A stretch of 57,172 bases of DNA, counting the filler, from Sphacelaria rigidula (Eukaryota): assembly GCA_964200075.2 (NCBI GenBank). It is 8 parts of 8 records of this genome, joined end to end, with 100 filler letters (N's around TTAATTAATTAA, not from the genome) between each part and the next. Parts side by side here need not be neighbours in the genome. Positions count along the whole stretch, not along the records: positions 42,955 to 50,013 come from CAXNAA020016709.1; positions 50,114 to 57,172 come from CAXNAA020016710.1; 6 more parts are not named here. One strand, 5' to 3'. Under the pieces are notes generated by a model. The model was not told the DNA's origin, searched no databases, and saw nothing but the letters and a program-made list of their open reading frames with translations. Of this stretch, positions 48,341-57,172 are shown one piece after another (positions within the stretch are counted from its first letter, which is position 1; each line of letters opens with the position of its first letter). The translations under genes and the position numbers were made by a program.

Positions 48341-51300
48341 GCGGCTGCGCTGTGCCGTTCGCAATCGCCATATCGTGAGCTTAGTTCTTTACGACTGTCG
48401 AGCTGCGCATCACAAACTCAAAAATGCACTCCGTACGCCGTTGCAGAATAAATAGATCATATTTTGATGGTTCAAGGGAGCTGGTGAGCATGCCGCCATT
48501 CGCCGGAAATGCCTGCGCATGTGCGGTGGTGGGGAAGGAAGGGACTTGACTATGTCGAAATGCTGTATTCACACGTATATATACACCACTGATTTCAGGA
48601 GCGGTAGGAACTCCGCCATCATAGCTCGGACCCTCTCTGGGCCGATACACGACGGCCTGCATCCGACAAGTCTCACCTGTATGTGAGTACAGCGCACGCA
48701 AGTATGCCCATACCCGCTGGTGCTGAGAAGAACGCGAATACAACAAGATCAACCTTGGCCCAGGGTGCGTAGTGTGTTATTGTCCACCTTGGATATCAAG
48801 ATGGACCCTCCACAATACGAGACCCCATCTGCGGCCAGCTGCCACCGCTAACGTCAAGACGGCAGCAGCTCGCGTCGAATCCAGGGTGAAAATATCCGGG
48901 AGAGTGGTCCGCGTTGTACCCGACTAGCGATGAATGGGAGCAGATGGGTCTACACAAAAATTGATGTAGCCGTATCGTTTCCTATCGGGTTGTTGATTTT
49001 GTCTTTGATTCTTGTCCTTAGTCGGAGGTCTTCGGATGTTCCCTGGTGTGTGTGTTTCTTCCTTCTCCACGGTACCGTTTCCTTGGGCTTCGTCACTTTT
49101 ATACCCTCGGGTGGGCATGTCTGACGAGTGGAGCGGCTCGAAGCGCTGCACGAAACTAGAAGTAGCGAAGTACATGGTTTAAGGTTCCTTCCTGTCCTCT
49201 GGGAACAAAAATAAAATAAAAATAAAATCGCTTTCTTCTCTGCTCTATGCTCTCTCTGTCTCTGTCTCTGTCTCTGTCTCTGTCTCTGTCTCCGCGTTTT
49301 TCCCCTGTCCGTGCATGTCGATTGCCATTTGGTGCCTTGCTTCCGTAGGCGTAATGGTTGACAGCTCATATCTTGAAATAGTGCAGCCGAAACAGATGAG
49401 CCGCAATCTGTTCCCGCCGCTTGTTCTTCGTACTTTCGATTGGGTATGAATGTGTGTGCTGCTGAGCAAGACCGTTTCCACCTGAATCCACGTTGCTGAA
49501 GCCGACCATCTCTAGTTTGTATTTGTTTGCCCTTGTTTTGTTGGTTTATTTGTTTTGACTTTTTTCAGTCCGCTGTTTCGCGTCAGTTCCACCTCTCTGT
49601 TTCTTCATTTCCCTTCAGCGAGTGTTTCTGTAGTGTATTATCATCTCGGGTACGCCTATCAAGTGGATAACGACCACGGCTTGATCCCCGAAAGATCAGC
49701 TGATGTGCGAAAATCACTTAAATCAATCAATCAATCAATCAATCAACCTGCGGCGATGACTCCCCGCCATGTGACCGGAAATCACGCCACTTCCTGCACA
49801 CCACCGAACTAACCCCCACCATACCCGTTTGTAACGGCAACACCCTGAAACGTGCGGAAAAATCAGGTAGGAGATCAGAGTGCGCCTCCTCGCCCTACAC
49901 CGGCCCCGGGTGGCATTCCAATTCGGCCCTCGAACATCCACCATCTGGGGGCGGTTTCGGCCACAGATGGCACCGGTGCCAAGGGGGAGATGAGTGATTC
50001 GGCACCCGTCAAGNNNNNNNNNNNNNNNNNNNNNNNNNNNNNNNNNNNNNNNNNNNNTTAATTAATTAANNNNNNNNNNNNNNNNNNNNNNNNNNNNNNN
50101 NNNNNNNNNNNNNAATGGTCTTATGACTATGGCATGCATGATCATGAGTACACCCCCCCCCCCGCCCAAAGGGGGCAACAAACACGACGAGAGAGGGGAA
50201 AAATCGTGCGACAAATAATTCCTGAAGTTGTCTTTCATTCTTCATTATGGGGTAAAAGACCAGCTGCGCATCGAAACAAATGCCTCAGCGAACGGGGCAT
50301 CGGGGATATCCAGCATGTTCACCCTGTGGACTCTACGGTACACCATATCAGTAGTGGAAGTGTCTTCGCGTCTACCATCATTGCTGCTTGCTGGCGCCTT
50401 ACTTAGTAGCCTCTCCTGCAATCGCCATCACCAAAGGGGTTCTGCTGCCAACTTACAATACGCGAAGGATACAAAAACACGGGGGACCAAGTGACCACAA
50501 GACATTCCAAACATGAAAAAAAAACGATTCTGGACACAAGACACAGGCTTGCACCCCGACGCCCCCCCCCCAAAAGTCGGTAGGACTCTCGTCTCCTAGT
50601 ACATCACAGTTCACCGGGCAAAGAACACAAAGATAGGCTCAGAACGAAGAAAAAAAAAAAGGCACACGGTGCAAAAAAATATACGCCAGAGCCAAATACA
50701 AGCCAAGACAAGATATAGAGATCCTCTCTGAACGCCATCCAGTACACAGCTTGGTTAACACCGTGTGCGCGTGTATGTCGACTCAACACCGCCAAAGGAG
50801 AGGTGAACTACCATCACGTGAGTTATCTGTCGAGGATCTTGAGACACTCTTTTCACATTGGCGACACCACAGGTGAGACATCGGCAGTATCACAGGGGGG
50901 GAGGCGACGTTGTCAGACATTAAGTGATCCGCTTCAATTCCACCCGTGTTCACGAAATAGACAACCCAAGAGCCTACGTGAATGAGATCCGACGAATCAT
51001 CGGGAAAAACCATCAGAATGATTTACACCCTGTAACTGATAGATGCTTTTAATAATATAAGCTCTCCATCACAGGGTAGAAGCTGTCAATTAGAGGACGT
51101 GAGTTTCCAAAACGTTTTTTTTTTCTTTTTAATTCTTGTTTTTTTGCAAATGCTCTGTTGGGGTCCCTTCACGACAGGTCCCAAGGCGACTTCGGGCTCA
51201 AAACAGAAACACTCGCCACCGGAAATTCAAGAATCGGGACAAAACACAAGAAAAGAAAGACGACGAACAAAATAACGGAGTCTACATAACCAGCATAGCC

Positions 51301-52608
51301 AGATACCAGGCTTGGAAACTGTAGAGGGGATAACTTCTAGCCCCATCACCTCCAATTGTCTGCAGAATACCTATTTCCAGCGCCCTTCACCGACAACAGT
51401 TCCATGTTCGTATGAGGACGGTGCACCAATATCTTACACCAAACATCCGTTTCTCGTTCACCATGGGCATATCAAGAAGGGCACGATATGTCAGACGGGG
51501 GTCTACGCCTCTCTCTTCAAAATGTCCCTTCCCTTCAGTCGTTCCCCAGGCATACCGATAGGACTTGGGGAAAAGCAGGAGAATAGGCGGGCGCCCGCCG
51601 TAGTCAAGCGCATGCAACGCCACAGAGGAGGTCTAGAGACCGAATGAAGCCCGCCGGATCCCTGACCCTCAGAAATAGCACTCATGAACAACGAGTTCCT
51701 CTGAAGGGAGAGGGGCGCGTTCCGTTTACACTGCAGTAGTAAGGTACAGTACGTCAAGACGGACATCACTATTGTTATTATTATTCCCGCACATTTGTCC
51801 GGTCTCTCGAACCCGTGGTCACAGACGTAGGCTCGTCTTTTCAGTACCGTCCTTGCTATTCCTTACAAGACATGAGAGTCCTCCATCATATTTTTTCGAG
51901 ACTGCAGCCTGATTACAAGAACAAACACAATCAACTAAAATACTGCCGAAATGAAAATAAGAAGAGAGACGCCAAGAAAAACACGGAAGGTAGCTTCCCC
52001 GAGTTCAACGAGGTTGAAAAAAAATATAATATCTGCTAAGAAAAGCGCACACCGACAGAAAAGGGAAAGAAAAGAAAAGACAAATGGACAAGACGAACAT
52101 AAATATGACATGAGCGTAGAAGAAGTGGTGGTGATGGCTTTTGTGTGGCTAACTAACCTCATGGCCGCGGTCATGCTCCAATGGCTCATCTTTCGTGAAC
52201 GGCAAGCAACAACAGCTGCTGACCGACTTCTGCAGGACACTACAGTACACTACAGTAGACCACCCGTGTAATGCAGTCTATTCGAGGGATGCACACGATC
52301 TAATGCGAGATCCGAGCATGCGGCATAACTACCGGCGAATCGCGATGCGGCGTAGCGGTACACAAACCAGACGTACGTGAAGCCCCAGCGAACGCGGGTA
52401 ACGACCACTACAATTTTACTCTCTGCAACAGCGACAGCAGCAGCAACAACAACAACAACGACAACAACAACGGCGACACCTCATACCCTGGGAGACACGG
52501 AAAACAAAAATATATAGAACGTCTGCTGAAAAAATTATCCAGCACTCACTCATTATTCAATGCGACGGGGACACATGGGGTACACACAAAATCGAAAGCA
52601 AACCAATT

Positions 52609-52734
52609 TCAATTGGCCGTGGGAGTAGGGACATTGTCGTCGCTTCTCCTTTCCTCTTGGAGCTGCGGGTACCAGGTCTCGGCGGTGGCCTTAAGTTCCT
52701 CATACGCCTCTTTCAGCCCATCGTTCACCAAGAC
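52609..52734 (-). CDS. GUK1: Guanylate kinase, terminal exon (VLVNDGLKEAYEELKATAETWYPQLQEERRSDDNVPTPTAN*)
   Basis: Acceptor tacag|, phase 0; VND-x-L-x-x-AY-x-x-L GK C-terminal motif; TGA at 52609-52611. Confidence 0.9.
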   Translation of the reverse strand, partial: VLVNDGLKEAYEELKATAETWYPQLQEERRSDDNVPTPTAN

Positions 52735-54226
52735 CTGTACTTTCCCACCATGTTTCGCCGTTTCATATCCACGAGATAATATTTCCCCGGTCGAGCGCCG
52801 AACAAATGGAGACGAGAGAAAGAGAGAGAACGAGAGAGAGAGAGAGAGGGTGTAGAAAAGCGTCATTCATGTGTCACATCCATAAAAAAGTGGGTACGAC
52901 GCATTCAAAAGCTACAGTAGCGGAGTGCCAACAACCACTCAACACGAGACCTGCTGATAAGAAAATAACAAACGGGCGCCATCCATGGACGATCAGACGA
53001 TTACGCGGGATTTCAGTTGTAACCACGGATAAAAGGGAAAAAAGGAAGAAAAAAAAAAGGCGAACGAGCTCAATCGGTGGAGATTTGAAATCCTGCGTGG
53101 AGTCATTTGGTTTCCTTTGATTGCGAGACTTGGTCATTCTCCACTTAGTCCAGTTGTGCTGGAGGGAAGGTGAGAGTTAGGTGGCTTCACGTGAGCGCAC
53201 CGTCACAAATGCGCCGTCATAATCTCACGTTTCACTTCGAAGCTCTCTTGTGTTGGAACCCTAATCGTATCCCGAATCCAAACCCGAAATCCGAGTCAAC
53301 TACAGAACCCTAGGGCAAGGAAAGATTCATGGAGTAGTCTAGGCAAAATGTGCGCGTTAGCAGAAGAGCTGAAATCGGCTTCGTAGGCGCCAATTTGAGC
53401 AAAGGCGCCTCCTAGTGGGCATGCTGCAGATCACCCGAGACTGTCAATCCCCTCCCCCCCCCAAGGATCCGGATCTTTGTATCTATACTCAAGTCGAGCA
53501 TCTTTGACGCGTGGGTTCTCGACGAATTTTCGCGTCAACTTCCCTGCTACGAACTTGATTGTTCTCTATATGACATCAATGCTGTGCCGCAGACTCCACG
53601 GCACCAAAAAATTGGCAGAAACAAAAAAAAGGCGGCGGCGGGGGGGGGGGCGTACTCATTTGTTACGTGCCTTGGTCGTTTGACCATTGACCACGCATTC
53701 ATTTCGAGACGGAGCAGGGGGGGGGTTATCATACGGTAACTGAAAAACTTTCCGCTTCAGATAGATCCACGGGGGTAGATCTTGCTTTCTACTCATCAGC
53801 CGATGTCCGTTCCAACTCAAGCGCGGTACGGTTACGGAGTATTGCAGCACTACGCATAAATCTGAAATCACCTCAAGTGCTTGGGGAAAAAAAATCCTCC
53901 ATTGTCTCTACATGAGCAAATCCCTGCATTCCAGTGAGACAGAAGACCCCTGCTACCCAAAAGCTGTCGACCAGACATCATTGTACCAACGGAACAACCT
54001 GCACCGGCGTGGTGGCAGCAGGTCGCGCTGAGGCTGAGTTTTCTCAATCGCCCAGGGCGATATGCTTCGTAATAGCATCCTAGGTCAAGTAATCGCCGTG
54101 CTGTAAGAAAAAAAAAGTATTAGTACGGGTATACACTTTTGAGACCGTGTGTCCTTCCGCACGCGTACTATTAACAGCGTCATGACATGGTTTTAGAGGG
54201 CCTCTATATTCCTTTTATAAAAACCC

Positions 54227-54508
54227 CATACGTCGGACGAGCACGAGTGTGACTCGTGGCACTCGCACTCGTTGGCCGTGAAAATTCATAGAGCGAGCAC
54301 TCGAGTCATTGCTCGATGAGGCAATAACATTACAGGGTGAGCATTCGGGTCATTGCTCGTTGTGGAAAAAAATAATAGGGCGAGCACTCGAGTCATTGCT
54401 CGTTGTAAAAAAAAGTAATGACGCGAGCACACGAGTCATGCTCGTTGTGTTTCAAAAAACATCCACGAGTGCACTTGTTTCGACGAGTAATGACTCGCCC
54501 GACGTGTG
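54227..54508. mobile_element. Intronic MITE with an internal array of four palindromic 22-23-bp repeats
   Basis: TIRs CATACGTCGGACGAG / CACACGTCGGGCGAG (13/15); flanks AAAAACCC / AAAACTCC (possible eroded 8-bp TSD); GCGAGCACTCGAGTCATTGCTCG at 54293, 54337, 54380 and 54423. Confidence 0.78.
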
Positions 54509-54528
54509 AAAACTCCCCCGACCGTTAC

Positions 54529-54619
54529 CTTTTCGAAATTGCCAGGCGCTGTGCCATACTCCATCTCCGCCTTCGAGTTGTTCAATCGTCGCTGGAGCTG
54601 TTCTTCATTTTCCGTGCCC
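54529..54619 (-). CDS. GUK1: Guanylate kinase, penultimate exon ((R)GTENEEQLQRRLNNSKAEMEYGTAPGNFEK)
   Basis: Acceptor cacaag| and donor |gtaacg; 91 nt, phase-compatible with both neighbours; RGTE…RL…A..E LID motif. Confidence 0.92.
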
Positions 54620-54992
54620 CTTGTGAGGATGAGTATCGAGGTTGACAAAGCAACAAAAACAAAAGAAAAACGCAAGACAAACGAAAAGAGAATGTTGGTT
54701 ACCATTACCCTCTATAATAGCAAGTTATTTTGCTGCAATTTCACAGACGACGATCGCATGGCATATTTTCTCACATCGTATATTTCCTTGAAAATAACTT
54801 AACCAAGCAGAAATAGACGTTTCTTTTCTTCTCTTGTTCCTTGAAAGAAATGACGAAAACTCACCCAACCCTCACCCCCCGAAGGACCGAAGGGCTTCGT
54901 GTGGACGAACTGTACTGTATGTACATACAAAGTCGTACACAGTCAACAGTGAAAGATTTTTCAAGGCCGACAACATGGTCTCGAAATACACC

Positions 54993-55128
54993 ATACCCTG
55001 GACAATAGAACACACGGTGAAAAAATGTACTGCGTACAGTATGGGATATATTGTCTATTGCAATAGACAATATATCCCATACTAAACGCAGAACATTTTT
55101 TTACCGTGTATTCCATTGTCCAGGGTAT
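54993..55128. mobile_element. Fold-back (whole-length palindromic) MITE, 136 bp, in a guanylate kinase intron
   Basis: The arms pair around a centre at 55060/55061 with no loop; ends are ATACCCTGGACAAT / ATTGTCCAGGGTAT. Confidence 0.9.
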
Positions 55129-55600
55129 TAAATACACTCAACGTTCGACGGGGAGTCGCGGCGTAGCTACCCGACACAGGACAAAAAGAACCATCTGCAC
55201 CACACACACAACCAGCGGGCTGCGAGATGACGTGAACGACGGTATCACACACATACTGAGCTTGGAAAATAATATTTACATGGCGCGTACACAGACACGA
55301 ATTTTCGGGGGGGGGGGAGTGCATCCAAATCTCCGAAGTGATAAGCCAAGCGAACCATAAACTATTAATCGAGCAGACTTTGCTCTAGCTGAACAGCGCT
55401 TCATCACTTCATGATTTTCCGAAAATAGTCACGATGATAAGACACGAAAGGGATAAACAGATGAAGACAAAAACGGTACACAGATGAGACACAAAAGGGG
55501 TATACCGAGAAGACAAGAAGGGGTATATAGATAAGACACGTCCACACAAAACGCACTCTAGGAAAACAGAAGAACTCGAATGCATAATAACCCAACCTAC

Positions 55601-55768
55601 CTCCCTCGTAGCCTGGCTTCCAACACCTCCATCGAAGGCGCCGCTATGAAGAGGTAGTGGGGATCTAGTACCTCAGTACCCGCTTGTCGTACGGATTTAG
55701 CCCCCTGTACGTCAATATCTAGGACGCAAATTTGGTCGTTCGCGGTTACACTCTGAACCGCAGCGATA
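55601..55768 (-). CDS. GUK1: Guanylate kinase, internal exon (IAAVQSVTANDQICVLDIDVQGAKSVRQAGTEVLDPHYLFIAAPSMEVLEARLRGR)
   Basis: Acceptor atcag| and donor |gtaggt; 168 nt; hallmark ICVLDIDVQG and FI-x-x-PS…LExRLxGR motifs. The P-loop and YGT exons were not found in the window. Confidence 0.95.
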
Positions 55769-56339
55769 CTGATCATCGGAGTTGAGGGAAGGCACGGGAC
55801 GAGAAAGAAGCATGGCTTGATTACACATGACTTTATTTTGGTTCATTTTGTTGTATGACCTCTTTACCGGGGACCATGCGGCACGACCCTGGCGCCTTCT
55901 TTCATCTCATGATCGGAAGTCACATGAGATCGTACAGCCTAGCGTTTCCCTTGCTTTCGTCTTTCTCTTTCCTTTGTTTTCCTTCCCCTTATTTTGTTTG
56001 TTTTTCGTTCTCCCTATTTTTACTTTGTCCGTGTTTTCTCTCTTCTATTGTTGTTCTTTTTTTCTCTTTTTAGCGAGTTGCCTTGGTAGCGAGTCTTCCC
56101 GTTCATTTACCTTCGGCACATCTGTCTTACGACCCTCGGCTGGATTCGCAGCGAATCAGTTCATGGTAATGTGCGACAATCAATCGATCAATCGATCAAT
56201 CGATCAATGCACAGTTAAATAAACAAACAAAAATATATATGAGAAAACAGATGACTAAATGAATAAATGAATCGGTCAATACTAGCTAAACACTCATGAA
56301 AAAACAGAACGGGGATGTTGCTATAAACACTAAAAATAC

Positions 56340-56507
56340 CACACCTTGGACAGTATATGGTCAATAGTTGCAGTAGACAAGAAGCGTAGTGCATAAGTAT
56401 AGACCTATTGCGACTATTGCCGGCCGACAATAGTTGCAATAGGCCTATACTTTTGCAGTACACTTCTCGTCTATCGCATCTATTGACCATATATTGTCCA
56501 GGGTGTG
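56340..56507. mobile_element. Second fold-back MITE (168 bp) with related CCCTGGACAAT-type ends
   Basis: The arms pair around a centre at 56423/56424; ends are CACACCTTGGACAGTATATGGTCAATAG / CTATTGACCATATATTGTCCAGGGTGTG. Confidence 0.85.
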
Positions 56508-57172
56508 AAAAATGCCAAACGGATGAAAAAGTAAAAGCACGCGCTCGGTCCACCGAGATCACATCATCATTGTATATCCGTAATGTTGGAAGCTCCCCAT
56601 ATCTTCACGACCGGATTTGGTGAACAACTTCATGAACACGTACTGCAAAAAATCTCCGCTACTTCGTACACTTGTGCTAGTCCCGTCACTCACACCCGGA
56701 ACAACGAACAACGTACATTCACGATCATCCGTACCACCAGCCCTACTTTCCCCGCGAAAGGCAATTTCACTCTCATGTGCGACTAAAAACAAGATAAAGT
56801 ATGGCAACCCCCGCTCAAACACAACTAGAGAGTTTCGGAAAACGTTTGTTTGAGCCAAAAACTCACGGATAATTTGCGTCTTTTTCACTAAAATTTCAAT
56901 CAAGCGATAATTATCACTGAGTTTTTCTGGCCTTTTTTTTTTTTTGCGAAACTCTCCAAAAAAAATAACAAAAAAGAAGACAGACAACTGCAACGACGCG
57001 AGCCAATCCAACAGCAATAACATTATTCTGTTCTATTTTTTGCTGCTCCTGACCGCGGGCTGGATTGTTGTGTTGTGTGTTGTATTGTCGTCCCATTTAT
57101 TCTGGGCACCAGTCTACACTTTTCGGTGTATGTGGGTGCATCAGCCGAGGTCACACAGGAGGAAGGTCAACA

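Noticed and set aside
51157..51730. Solo LTR (TGTTGG…TTTACA)
   Set aside because: No matching TSD or second copy is visible; possible but unsupported.
53257..53313. Telomeric repeat
   Set aside because: Only two or three degenerate AACCCT-like units; not a telomere array.
53998..54100. Extra guanylate kinase exon (good polypyrimidine acceptor on minus)
   Set aside because: The phase-0 frame hits a stop after six codons, and the flanking exons already join into a continuous GK sequence.
54293..54444. CRISPR array
   Set aside because: The spacers are short and related to one another, the array lies within TIRs in a eukaryotic intron, and no cas genes are present.
1..57172. A multi-gene system linking the GT31, RGG, Gag and guanylate kinase sequences; also most short ORFs in the track
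   Set aside because: The genes lie on different, artificially joined contigs. Most track ORFs use non-ATG starts, cross microsatellites or N-gaps, or are antisense shadows of GC-rich frames.

Overview
Eukaryotic nuclear DNA, most consistent with a brown alga or related stramenopile. That assignment is inferred from the long repeat-filled GT-AG introns, about 50% GC and the repeat families; no marker gene confirms it. The window is not one locus. It is eight unrelated contigs of exactly 7,059 bp each, joined by seven 100-bp artificial linkers (N44-TTAATTAATTAA-N44). Host coding sequence is sparse: the last two exons of a tandem Fringe/GT31-like glycosyltransferase gene (contig 1), the last three exons of a guanylate kinase (contig 8), a low-complexity terminal exon (contig 3) and an RGG/Gln-rich ORF (contig 4). 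The rest is mostly transposon-derived. Contig 2 holds the 5' part of an LTR retrotransposon: a 491-bp LTR dense in stem-loops, a tRNA-Ser-like PBS, a 2-kb leader and a disrupted Gag-like frame of more than 1,100 codons. Elsewhere there are hAT-type and TA-flanked MITEs (some with palindromic repeat arrays or tRNA-like B-boxes), non-LTR 3' ends (one family ending in poly(C)), and eroded transposase relics resembling KDZ, hAT, PIF/Harbinger and CACTA. I found no CRISPR array, no intact RNA gene and no clearly new multi-gene system. The best novelty candidates are the giant-Gag LTR element with its structured LTR, the poly(C)-tailed LINE family, the B-box MITEs and the GT31 plus pseudo-GT31 fusion.
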